Positions 1 to 9,254 of a stretch of DNA of 32,000 nt are shown here, in pieces; positions within the stretch are counted from its first letter, which is position 1, and the number at the start of each line of letters is the position of its first letter. The stretch comes from Candidatus Profftella armatura (GTDB lineage: Bacteria; Pseudomonadota; Gammaproteobacteria; Burkholderiales; Burkholderiaceae). A program made the position numbers and the translations under genes. The stretch covers positions 60,001 through 92,000 of the forward strand of contig NC_021885.1 in assembly GCF_000441555.1 (NCBI RefSeq), written 5' to 3'. Below the pieces are notes generated by a model. The model worked only from the letters and a program-made list of their open reading frames with translations, was not told the DNA's origin and ran no database searches.

Positions 1-1
1 A

Positions 2-2449
2 GCTAAAACATTAGGTGGATTCACAAAATATGATGAATATTTTGAATCTGATCGTTATGTACTTTCATCAGCAATTGGTCATTTATTAAAAATTTCTGTT
101 TCCAAGGAATATAATACAAAATATAACAAGTGGACTTTTAAAAATTTACCAATAATTCCATCAAATTTTATTTTAAATCCAATTATTAAAACTAAGTCTA
201 GATTAGAATTATTACATCTTTTAATTAAACGTAAAGATATTGTTGAATTAATTAATGCTTGTGATGCCGGTAGAGAAGGAGAATTAATTTTTCGTATGAT
301 TGTAAGCTATACACATGCAAAACAACCTATAAAACGATTATGGTTACAATCTATGACATCAAGTGCAATTCGAGACGGTTTCGCTAATCTAAAGAAAGAT
401 AGTGATATGTTATTATTAGCAGATGCCGCCCGCAGTCGTAGTGAGGCTGACTGGTTAATAGGTATTAATGGAACACGTGCTATGACTGCTTTTAATTCAA
501 AAAATGGTGGATTTTATTTAACAACTGTAGGTAGAGTACAAACACCTACTTTATCAATTGTAGTTACTAGAGAAGAAAAAATAAAAAAATTTATACCGAA
601 AAATTTTTGGGAAATAAAAGCTACTTTTATTAGTTTTAATCCAGAAAATAATATGAAAATTATTTATGAAGGAAAATGGATAGACTATAAATACAAAAAA
701 AATAATCTAGATTTAGAAAAAAAACCTGAACGATTGTGGGATAAATTAACTGCAAAATCAATTATATCCAATTGTATTAAAAAAAAAGGAATTGTTACTG
801 GGAAAATTAAATTAATTAAATTAAAAGCGCCTCTTTTATTTAATTTAACAAGTTTACAGCGTGAAGCTAATTGTCGATTTGGTTTTTCGGCTAAAAATAC
901 TTTGAATTTAGTACAAAAACTTTATGAAAAGTATAAAGTTATAACATATCCAAGAACTGATTCATGTTACTTACCAGAAGATTATAAATATTATATTGAA
1001 AAAGTTTTTTTATCACATAGTGAGCATAAAAATTATCAAAAATTTACAAAAAAAATTTTGAATAAAAAATGGTATTTTTTAAAGAATAAACGTATTTTTA
1101 ATAATTCTAAAGTTAGTGATCATTTTGCAATTATTCCTACTACAAAATTGTTACCTAAAAAAGCATCAGATTTAGAATATAAAATTTATGATTTAATTAT
1201 GCGTCGTTTTATAGCAATATTTTTTCCAGTTTCTGAATTTCAGGAAATAACCTGTTTTACTAAAATTAAAGAAAATTATTTTAAAAGTCAACAAAAAATA
1301 ATAATTAATTCTGGGTGGTTGATAGTTTATGATAACAAAATAAATAATAAAAATATAAAAAAAAATAATGAATTACTTAATATAATTAAACTAAAAAAAG
1401 TAAAAGTTGATTTAATGAAAGTAAATATGTTAACTACAACTCCTCCTGCTCGATATACAGAAGCTACATTATTATCAGCAATGGAAGGAGCTGGGAAATT
1501 AATTAATTTAGAAGAATTTCGTGATGCAATGACAGAAAAAGGATTAGGGACTTCTTCTACACGTGCTTCTATTATAGAAGGTTTAATTAGTGAAAAGTAT
1601 TTATTAAGAGAGTTTCAAAAAATAATACCAACAGCTAAAGCTTTTCAGTTAATGATTTTATTACGTGGGCTTGGTATTAATGAATTAACTGATCCAGCAT
1701 TAACTGGAGAATGGGAATATAAATTAAAGCAAATAGAAAAAGGAAATATTAGTCGAGAAGAATTTATGTGTGAAATTAAAAATATGGCTAGAATTATTGT
1801 TAAAAGAGCTAAGGAATACAATTGTAATACAATTCCAGGAAATTATATAACATTAAATTCAATATGCCCAAATTGTAAAGGAATTATTAGAGAAAATTAT
1901 CATAGTTTTTCGTGTATTTTTTGTATTTTTTCAATAAATAAAATTTTAGCTAATCGTCAATTTGAAATTTTTGAAATTGAAAAATTATTAACTAATCATA
2001 TTATAGGCCCATTAAATGGTTTTCGATCAAAAAGTGGCAGAATATTTTCTGCAATGATTAAAATTGTATATAACACTGAAATAAAAAATTATAAATTAGA
2101 ATTTGATTTTGAAAAAAATAATAATATTAATAATAATTATTTATTTGATTTTAAAAAAAAAAATATTTTAGGAAAATGTCCAATATGTAATGGAAATGTA
2201 TATGAAATTGGATTAATTTATTCTTGTGAAAATTTTTTTAAAAAATTAAAAAAATGTAATTTTCGTAGTAATCGTATTATTTTAGAAAAAGAAATTCTTC
2301 CCGATCAAATAATTAAATTACTTAATAAAAACAAGACTGATTTATTAACTGGTTTTATATCTCAGCGTACCAAGCGTTCATTTAAGGCTTTTCTTGTCAA
2401 AGATAAAAATGGAAAAATTTCATTTGAGTTTGAAAAAAATAAAAATTAA
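2..2449 (+). CDS. topB: DNA topoisomerase III (type IA), 5'-truncated by the window edge
   Basis: The frame is open from position 2 to TAA at 2447-2449. Upstream of the track's Met the translation reads AKTLGGFTKYDEY...LINACDAGREGELIFR (TOPRIM acidic motif). Type IA signatures are GRVQTPTL and the active-site Tyr context ITYPRTDSCYLP (Tyr codon 968-970). The C-terminus has two Cys-rich zinc-ribbon-like motifs (CPNC..x11..CIFC and CPIC..C..C). Each is followed by a GF(R/I)S-x-x-G/K-R-x-F-x-A repeat, as in the C-terminal repeats of long Topo III proteins. Confidence 0.85.
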   Translation, partial: AKTLGGFTKYDEYFESDRYVLSSAIGHLLKISVSKEYNTKYNKWTFKNLPIIPSNFILNPIIKTKSRLELLHLLIKRKDIVELINACDAGREGELIFRMIVSYTHAKQPIKRLWLQSMTSSAIRDGFANLKKDSDMLLLADAARSRSEADWLIGINGTRAMTAFNSKNGGFYLTTVGRVQTPTLSIVVTREEKIKKFIPKNFWEIKATFISFNPENNMKIIYEGKWIDYKYKKNNLDLEKKPERLWDKLTAKSIISNCIKKKGIVTGKIKLIKLKAPLLFNLTSLQREANCRFGFSAKNTLNLVQKLYEKYKVITYPRTDSCYLPEDYKYYIEKVFLSHSEHKNYQKFTKKILNKKWYFLKNKRIFNNSKVSDHFAIIPTTKLLPKKASDLEYKIYDLIMRRFIAIFFPVSEFQEITCFTKIKENYFKSQQKIIINSGWLIVYDNKINNKNIKKNNELLNIIKLKKVKVDLMKVNMLTTTPPARYTEATLLSAMEGAGKLINLEEFRDAMTEKGLGTSSTRASIIEGLISEKYLLREFQKIIPTAKAFQLMILLRGLGINELTDPALTGEWEYKLKQIEKGNISREEFMCEIKNMARIIVKRAKEYNCNTIPGNYITLNSICPNCKGIIRENYHSFSCIFCIFSINKILANRQFEIFEIEKLLTNHIIGPLNGFRSKSGRIFSAMIKIVYNTEIKNYKLEFDFEKNNNINNNYLFDFKKKNILGKCPICNGNVYEIGLIYSCENFFKKLKKCNFRSNRIILEKEILPDQIIKLLNKNKTDLLTGFISQRTKRSFKAFLVKDKNGKISFEFEKNKN

Positions 2450-2622
2450 TTTAAATTTAATATCTATAAATTCAATTTAAATAGATTTAATTATTCTGAT
2501 AAAAAAATTTTTTTCAAGTACTTTTTTTTACAAAAATCCAATTATTTTATTAAAATTTTTGTTTATCAAATTCTAAAAACTATAGTAAAAATTGTAAAAT
2601 TACAAGATTGTTCTAAAATATT

Positions 2623-4533
2623 ATGATTTCAATTCAAATTTCAAATGAATTAAAGCTGCAATTTTCTAAACCTATAACAGTTTTAGATGTTGCTTCTCAT
2701 ATTAGTGTAAATTTAGCTAAAACAGCTATAGTTGGTAAATTAAATGGTGTATTAGTAGATTTATCTTATGTAATTGATCATGATGTGAATTTAATTATAA
2801 TAACAGAAAAAGATAATATTGGATTAAATATAATTCGTCATTCAACAGCACATTTATTGGCTTATGCAGTTAAAAATTTATTTCCTGATTCTCAAATAGC
2901 AATTGGACCGGTAATAGAAAATGGATTTTATTATGATTTTTTATATAAACGTTCTTTTACAAAAGAAGATTTAATATTAATTGAAAAAAAAATGATTGAA
3001 CTTTCCCAAAAAAATGAACTTTTTTTAAAAAAAATTATAACTCGTGATAAAGCAATTGCATATTTTGATTCTGTTAATGAACAGTTTAAAAAAAAAATTA
3101 TTAATTTAATTCCTAATAATCAAGAGATATCCCTATATAGTATTGGTTCTTTTGTTGATTTATGTCGTGGACCTCATGTTTTCTCAACAGGAAAATTAAA
3201 AATATTTAAATTGATAAAATTAGCAGGTTCTTATTGGAAGGGTAATCAAAAAAATAAAAAGTTACAAAGAATATATGGAACAGCTTGGTCTACAAAAAAA
3301 GATCAAGAAATATACTTACATATGATAAAGGAAGCAGAAAAAAGAGATCATCGTAAGTTAGGAAAGCAATTAAATTTATTTCATTTTCAAGAAGAAAGTC
3401 CTGGTTTAATATTCTGGCATCCAAAAGGGTACATTATATTACAAGAAATAAAAAAATATATGAGAAAAATATATAAATATAATGGTTATAAAGAAATTAA
3501 AACACCACAAATGTTAGATCTTTCATTATGGAAAAAAACTGGTCATTGGGAAAATTATAAAGATAACATGTTTACGACAAAATCAGAAAATCGTTTTTAT
3601 GCATTAAAACCAATGAATTGTCCTGGACATATTCAAATTTATAATTCTAATTTTCATAGTTATCGTGATTTACCATTACGTTTTGGTGAGTTTGGTCAGT
3701 GTCATCGTAACGAATCATCTGGTTCTTTACATGGGATGATGCGAACAAGAAGTTTTATTCAAGATGATGGGCATATTTTTTGTACAAAAAGCCAAATTAA
3801 AAATGAAATTGTTGTATTTAATGAGCTAGTACATAAGGTATATAATGAGTTTGGTTTTAAAAAAATAAAAATAAAATTAGCTTTACGTCCGAATAAAAGA
3901 ATAGGTGAAAATAATATTTGGGATTTAGCAGAAAATTCATTACGTGAGGCAATTAGTAGCTCTGGAGTTACATGGGAAGAATTCCCAGGAGAAGGAGCGT
4001 TTTATGGACCAAAAATTGAATATCATTTAAAAGATTCAATTGGACGTTCATGGCAATGCGGAACTATACAAATTGATTTTTCTATGCCACATCGTCTTGG
4101 AGCGGAGTATATAGCAGAAAATAATACTCGTAAAACACCAGTTATGTTACATAGAGCTATTATTGGATCATTAGAACGTTTTATCGCAATTCTTGTTGAA
4201 AATTATTCTGGAGCTATGCCTGTATGGTTAGCTCCAATACAAGTTATGATACTCAATATCTCTAAAGAACAAATTGAATATGCTAAAAAAGTATTTAATT
4301 TTTTAAAAAGTAAAAAATTTAGAGTTGAAGTAGATTTGCGTAATGAAAAAATTGCTTATAAAATACGATTACACTCTTTGGAAAAATTACCATATATAAT
4401 AATAGTCGGTAATAAAGAGCTTTGTGAAAATAAAATAACTGTTCGTGCGCGAGGTAATATTAATCTTGGTATTATGTCAATTGATATGTTAGTTATTCGC
4501 CTAACAAATGAAATAAATACTAAATATTTATAA
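2623..4533 (+). CDS. thrS: threonine--tRNA ligase
   Basis: 636-aa ORF with an N-terminal TGS-like segment, the editing-domain motif HSTAHLLA, the class II catalytic core ([24 protein letters not shown]) and an anticodon-binding C-terminus. It heads the canonical thrS-infC-rpmI-rplT-pheST cluster. Confidence 0.97.
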   Translation: MISIQISNELKLQFSKPITVLDVASHISVNLAKTAIVGKLNGVLVDLSYVIDHDVNLIIITEKDNIGLNIIRHSTAHLLAYAVKNLFPDSQIAIGPVIENGFYYDFLYKRSFTKEDLILIEKKMIELSQKNELFLKKIITRDKAIAYFDSVNEQFKKKIINLIPNNQEISLYSIGSFVDLCRGPHVFSTGKLKIFKLIKLAGSYWKGNQKNKKLQRIYGTAWSTKKDQEIYLHMIKEAEKRDHRKLGKQLNLFHFQEESPGLIFWHPKGYIILQEIKKYMRKIYKYNGYKEIKTPQMLDLSLWKKTGHWENYKDNMFTTKSENRFYALKPMNCPGHIQIYNSNFHSYRDLPLRFGEFGQCHRNESSGSLHGMMRTRSFIQDDGHIFCTKSQIKNEIVVFNELVHKVYNEFGFKKIKIKLALRPNKRIGENNIWDLAENSLREAISSSGVTWEEFPGEGAFYGPKIEYHLKDSIGRSWQCGTIQIDFSMPHRLGAEYIAENNTRKTPVMLHRAIIGSLERFIAILVENYSGAMPVWLAPIQVMILNISKEQIEYAKKVFNFLKSKKFRVEVDLRNEKIAYKIRLHSLEKLPYIIIVGNKELCENKITVRARGNINLGIMSIDMLVIRLTNEINTKYL

Positions 4534-4570
4534 GAAGAATTAAATTATTTTTAAAATTTTAAAATTTAAT

Positions 4571-4587
4571 AGGAGAGAGAAATAATT
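4571..4587 (+). promoter_or_regulatory. Shine-Dalgarno (AGGAGAG) plus non-canonical ATT initiation codon of infC
   Basis: An in-frame TAG at 4570-4572 bounds the frame. AGGAGAG lies at 4571-4577 and ATT at 4585-4587, 7 nt downstream. Translation from this ATT gives the conserved IF3 N-terminus ([19 protein letters not shown]...). Confidence 0.8.
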
Positions 4588-5106
4588 ATAGATAGACCTA
4601 AACATCGTATTAACCGGGAAATTATAGCTCCAGAATTACGTTTATCTGGTATAAAAAATGAACCATTAGGTATTGTTACTTTAGAAAAGGCTTTTTATTT
4701 AGCTGAAAAAGAAAACGTTGATTTAGTTGAAATAGCTCCTTTCGCAAAACCTCCTGTGGCGCGTCTTATGGATTATGGTAAATTTAAATATAGAGAGAAA
4801 AAAAAGGCACATGAAGTAAAAATGAAACAAAAAGTTATTTTGATTAAAGAAGTTAAATTTAGACCATGTATAAATGAAGGTGATTATAATATTAAATTAC
4901 GTAATTTAATTAGATTCTTAGAAGAAGGAGATAAAGTTAAAATTACATTACGTTTTAGAGGACGTGAAATGTCTCATCAAGATATTGGATTTCGTGTGCT
5001 TGAGCGTATAAAATCAGATTTAGAATTATATTCTCAAATTGAACAATTTCCTAAAATAGAGGGGCGTCAAATGATAATGATTTTATCTCCAAGAAAAAAA
5101 AAATAA
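4585..5106 (+). CDS. infC: translation initiation factor IF-3 (ATT start)
   Basis: The track ORF (4756..5106, GTG) is only the C-terminal part. The frame stays open back to 4573 and encodes [67 protein letters not shown], which aligns with the IF3 N-domain and linker. No ATG, GTG or TTG is available upstream. The ATT at 4585 with a strong SD matches the known AUU start of proteobacterial infC. Confidence 0.93.
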   Translation: MIDRPKHRINREIIAPELRLSGIKNEPLGIVTLEKAFYLAEKENVDLVEIAPFAKPPVARLMDYGKFKYREKKKAHEVKMKQKVILIKEVKFRPCINEGDYNIKLRNLIRFLEEGDKVKITLRFRGREMSHQDIGFRVLERIKSDLELYSQIEQFPKIEGRQMIMILSPRKKK

Positions 5107-5165
5107 ATTAATATTTATAATATTAATAAAATTAAATAAAAATTACAATGAAGGAGTTATTTTCT

Positions 5166-5363
5166 GTGTTTAAAATAAAAACGAAAAGTAGCGCAAAAAA
5201 ACGTTTTTTTATACGTACTGGTGGTGTTATTAAGCGTGGACAAGCTTTTAAACGTCATATTTTAACAAAAAAATCCACTAAAGTGAAACGTAAATTACGT
5301 GGATTAGCATCTGTTCATAAGAGCAATATAGCGTCTGTACGAGCTATGATGCCAAATTCTTAA
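5166..5363 (+). CDS. rpmI: 50S ribosomal protein L35 (probable GTG start; alternative ATG at 5148)
   Basis: From GTG 5166 the product is 65 aa, (M)[13 protein letters not shown]...[15 protein letters not shown], which matches L35 length and its N-terminus (MPKIKT...). AAGGAG at 5151-5156 lies 9 nt upstream of the GTG but sits inside the ORF if ATG 5148 is used. Confidence 0.9.
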   Translation: MFKIKTKSSAKKRFFIRTGGVIKRGQAFKRHILTKKSTKVKRKLRGLASVHKSNIASVRAMMPNS

Positions 5364-5385
5364 CGTGTTATAAGGAAAATATATT

Positions 5386-5754
5386 ATGCCTAGAGTAAAA
5401 CGTGGAGTAACAGCGCGTGCGCGCCATAAAAAGGTTTTAAAACAAGCAAAAGGTTATTTTGGTCGTAGAAATTCTGTATATCGTGTTGCTAAACAAGCGG
5501 TCATGCATGCTATGCAATATGCTTATCGTGATCGACGTAATAAAAAACGTGTATTTAGATCATTATGGATTTCTCGTATCAATGCTGCGGTTCGAGAACA
5601 TAAGATGACTTATAATACATTTATGAATGGTTTAAAAAAATCTTCTATTCAGTTAGATCGTAAATTATTAGCTAGTATAGCTATTACAGATAAATTAGTT
5701 TTTTCTTCTATTGTTAATCAAATAAAGGAAAATTTAACTAATAAAGCTTTCTAA
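5386..5754 (+). CDS. rplT: 50S ribosomal protein L20
   Basis: 122-aa ORF starting [28 protein letters not shown]..., the canonical L20 N-terminus. An AAGGAAA SD lies upstream and the gene follows rpmI. Confidence 0.97.
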   Translation: MPRVKRGVTARARHKKVLKQAKGYFGRRNSVYRVAKQAVMHAMQYAYRDRRNKKRVFRSLWISRINAAVREHKMTYNTFMNGLKKSSIQLDRKLLASIAITDKLVFSSIVNQIKENLTNKAF

Positions 5755-5778
5755 ATTAATAATTTATTATTTATTGAT

Positions 5779-6795
5779 ATGAATGAATTAAAAAAACTTC
5801 TCATACAAGCTAAAATTGATTTTTCTACCGCAGTAAGTATTTCTTCTTTAGAAAATGCAAAATCTTATTATCTTGGTAAAAACGGTAAATTAACTCAATA
5901 TATAAAAAATATTAAAAATATTTCTATAAATGAACGAAAAAGATATGGTGAAATTATTAATTCTATAAAAATAAACATTAAAAAAGAACTTAATATTCAT
6001 CGTGATATTTTAAAAAAAAAACAATTAAAAGTATCGTTAAAAACTAATAAAATTGATATAACATTACCGGGAAGAGGTAAAAATAAAGGCGGGTTACATC
6101 CAATTATGCGTACCTTAGAACGTATTGAAAAAATTTTCTATTCTATTGGTTTTGATATAACAGATGGACCTGAAATTGAAACAGATTTTAATAATTTTAC
6201 TGCATTAAATAGCCCAAAAAATCATCCAGCTCGTTCAATGCACGATACTTTTTATATTAAAAACAGATACGTTAGTAATAATAAACCATTATTACGTACA
6301 CATACTAGTCCTATGCAAATTCGTTATTCTAAAATTAATAAACCGCCAATTAAAGTAATTACTTCTGGTCGTGTATATCGTATTGATAGTGATTCAACTC
6401 ATTCTCCAATGTTTCATCAAATTGAAGGATTGTGGATTGATAAAAATATTAGTTTTTCAGATTTAAAAGGTGTTTATTTAAATTTTATACGTGTTTTTTT
6501 TGAATCAGATAACATACAAATTCGTTTTAGACCTTCTTATTTTCCTTTTACAGAACCATCTGCAGAAATTGATATTGTTTTTCAAGATGGTCCATTAAAA
6601 GGTAATTGGTTAGAAATTTCTGGTGCGGGACAAGTAAACCCAAAGGTTTTGTGTAATATGAATTTAGATCCTGAGAAATATATTGGATTTGCTTTTGGAT
6701 CAGGGTTAGAAAGATTAACTATGTTACGTTATGGTATAAATGATTTACGTTTATTTTATAAGGGCAATATTAATTTTTTAAAACAATTTACTTAA
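5779..6795 (+). CDS. pheS: phenylalanine--tRNA ligase alpha subunit
   Basis: 338-aa ORF with class II aaRS motifs (HPARSMHDTFY, LLRTHTSPMQIR, GRVYR, FTEPSAE, GFAFGSGLERLTMLRYGI). It lies directly upstream of pheT. Confidence 0.97.
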   Translation: MNELKKLLIQAKIDFSTAVSISSLENAKSYYLGKNGKLTQYIKNIKNISINERKRYGEIINSIKINIKKELNIHRDILKKKQLKVSLKTNKIDITLPGRGKNKGGLHPIMRTLERIEKIFYSIGFDITDGPEIETDFNNFTALNSPKNHPARSMHDTFYIKNRYVSNNKPLLRTHTSPMQIRYSKINKPPIKVITSGRVYRIDSDSTHSPMFHQIEGLWIDKNISFSDLKGVYLNFIRVFFESDNIQIRFRPSYFPFTEPSAEIDIVFQDGPLKGNWLEISGAGQVNPKVLCNMNLDPEKYIGFAFGSGLERLTMLRYGINDLRLFYKGNINFLKQFT

Positions 6796-6821
6796 TTTTA
6801 CATTAAATAAAAATTTTAACA

Positions 6822-9251
6822 ATGCAAATTCCAGAAAATTGGTTACGTACAATAATTAATCCAAAATTGTCTTCTAATGATCTAGCAAATTTATTAACAA
6901 TGTCTGGATTAGAAACAGAAAAAATAGAAACAAACATACCAATTTTTTCTAAAATAATAATTGGTAAAATAATAAATATCATTAAACATCCTGATATAGA
7001 TAATTTTAATATTTGTAAGGTTGATACTTATAAAAATATTTTAGATATTGTTTGTAATATACCTAATATCCGTGTTGGATTAAAGGTTCCATGCGCTATA
7101 ATTGGATCGTCATTATTATGTATTAATAAAAAAAAATCTTTTATAATTAATATAGAAAAAAAATATAAGATAAAATCATATGGATTATTATGCTCTGAAT
7201 ATGATTTAAAAATAAATAATAAAAATAAATATTTATTTGAATTACCAGAAGATGCGCCTATTGGAAAAAATTTTTATGATTATTATAAATTTAATAATTT
7301 AAAATTTGTTATTAAATTAACCCCCAATAGAGGTGATTGTTTATCTTTACTTGGAATAGCGCGCGAAATATCTATATTAAGTAATACTCCATTAAAGTTA
7401 TTAAATACTAAAATTACTTTACCAAATTATAAAGAAATTTTGCCGGTTAAAATATCAGCAATAGATTTATGTGGTCGTTTTTCTGGAAGAATTATTCGTG
7501 GAATAAATCCTAAAGCATTAACTCCTAAATGGATGAAAATACGACTTGAAGATAGCGGGCAAAAACTTGTTTCCGTATTACATGATATTACAAATTACGT
7601 AATGTTAGAATTAGGAATTCCTATTAATATATTTGATTTATCTAAAATTTCCGGTGAATTAAATATAAGATGGGGAAATATCGGAGAAACTATTAAAATA
7701 TCTAATGATTTAATCATTAAGATTGATAAAAATATTGGAATTATTTCTGATAATTTTAAGATAATATCATTATCTGGTATTATCAATGGATTTGATGCGT
7801 CTGTAACTTTAAATACAAAAGATATATATTTAGGAGTTGCGTTTTGGTGGCCTAATTCAATTCGTGGAAAATCTAATCACTATAATCTTGTTACTGAATC
7901 ATCATATCGTTTTGAACGAGGTATTGATTTTAGTAAAACTATAAAATGCTTAGAGCGTGTTACTAATTTAATTATTGAAATTTGTGGGACATCATCATCA
8001 AAAATATCTCAAATAGATGATCAAATTATAAATATACCAGTTAGAAAAGAAATTAAAGTTCGATCAGAGCGTGTTATTAAAATTTTAGGTATTAAATTAA
8101 CAAATCAAGAAATTTCTAATATTTTTATACGCTTAAAATTTCATTTTATTCAAAAAAATAATATTTTTTTAGTTATTCCACCTGCGCATAGATTTGATCT
8201 TGAAATTGAAGAAGATATTATTGAAGAGATTATAAGAATTTATGGATTTGAAAATATTCCTATATCGTTACCTATTACTGTTTCTAAAATTTCCCCAATA
8301 AAAGAAGGATATCAATCGTTATTTTCTATTAGACATCAACTGGCTTTTGCGGACTATCAAGAGGTTATAAATTATAGTTTTATTGAAGATTCTTTAGAAA
8401 AAGATTTTTCTCAAAATATTAATAATTACCCAATTGAATTATTGAATCCAATTTCTAAGAAATTTAATACAATGCGATCAACTCTTATTGGTAGTTTGGT
8501 TAATAATATATGTTATAACTTAAAAAGAAAATTAGAGCGCATTCGTTTATTTGAAATTGCTAATGTTTATTTACATGATAAATTCATTAAAGATAGTCCA
8601 TTTACTGTATCAGGTTATAAAGAATTAAAAAAAATAGCAGTTATTGCTTATGGCCCACTACTAGAACCTCAGTGGGGGGAGGAAAATCGTAATATTGATT
8701 ATTTTGATTTAAAAAATGATTTGGAAAATTTATTTTTTCCTATAAAATTAAATTTTTTAAAAATTAATAATTCTATTTTACACCCAAATCGATCAGCTCT
8801 TATATTTAAAAAAACAAAAAATATTGGTTTTATAGGAGAAATTCATCCAATATTACAGCAAAAGTATGATTTACCATTAGCGCCAATATTTTTTGAGGTG
8901 GATGCTTTAGAATTACAAAAACGTCAAATACCAAATTATATTCAAATATCTAAATTTCCTAATGTTGTTCGTGACATAGTATTTATTTTTAATAAGAATA
9001 TTAATTTACAGGACGTAATGGATACTATGTTTTTTGAAAAAAATAATAATTCAAATTGCTTTATAATACAATCTATTTCATTATTTGATAAATATTGTGG
9101 AAAAAAACTAAAAGACAATGAAAAAAGTTTTGCTTTTAGGTGTATACTACAAGATCCTAAAAAAACTTTAAAAAATAATATTATAAATAATGCAATTAAT
9201 GCGTTAATTAATTCTGTTTGTAAAAATTTTAATGCAAAATTACGAAATTAA
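6822..9251 (+). CDS. pheT: phenylalanine--tRNA ligase beta subunit
   Basis: 809-aa ORF with an N-terminal tRNA-binding domain (MQIPENWLR...), a B3/4 region (TPNRGDCLSLLGIAREI), a B5 domain and a C-terminal FDX-ACB-like domain. The length is typical of bacterial PheT. Confidence 0.97.
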   Translation: MQIPENWLRTIINPKLSSNDLANLLTMSGLETEKIETNIPIFSKIIIGKIINIIKHPDIDNFNICKVDTYKNILDIVCNIPNIRVGLKVPCAIIGSSLLCINKKKSFIINIEKKYKIKSYGLLCSEYDLKINNKNKYLFELPEDAPIGKNFYDYYKFNNLKFVIKLTPNRGDCLSLLGIAREISILSNTPLKLLNTKITLPNYKEILPVKISAIDLCGRFSGRIIRGINPKALTPKWMKIRLEDSGQKLVSVLHDITNYVMLELGIPINIFDLSKISGELNIRWGNIGETIKISNDLIIKIDKNIGIISDNFKIISLSGIINGFDASVTLNTKDIYLGVAFWWPNSIRGKSNHYNLVTESSYRFERGIDFSKTIKCLERVTNLIIEICGTSSSKISQIDDQIINIPVRKEIKVRSERVIKILGIKLTNQEISNIFIRLKFHFIQKNNIFLVIPPAHRFDLEIEEDIIEEIIRIYGFENIPISLPITVSKISPIKEGYQSLFSIRHQLAFADYQEVINYSFIEDSLEKDFSQNINNYPIELLNPISKKFNTMRSTLIGSLVNNICYNLKRKLERIRLFEIANVYLHDKFIKDSPFTVSGYKELKKIAVIAYGPLLEPQWGEENRNIDYFDLKNDLENLFFPIKLNFLKINNSILHPNRSALIFKKTKNIGFIGEIHPILQQKYDLPLAPIFFEVDALELQKRQIPNYIQISKFPNVVRDIVFIFNKNINLQDVMDTMFFEKNNNSNCFIIQSISLFDKYCGKKLKDNEKSFAFRCILQDPKKTLKNNIINNAINALINSVCKNFNAKLRN

Positions 9252-9254
9252 TTT

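Noticed and set aside
5108-5126. An A/T-only hairpin, TTAATATT-TAT-AATATTAA, immediately after the infC stop, which could be an attenuator or L20 operator. Similar A/T palindromes follow topB (about 2471-2497) and thrS (about 4543-4572).
   Set aside because: The stems consist solely of A-T pairs and lack a following T-run. Palindromes of this size arise frequently by chance in a two-letter-like composition. There is no basis to call them functional.
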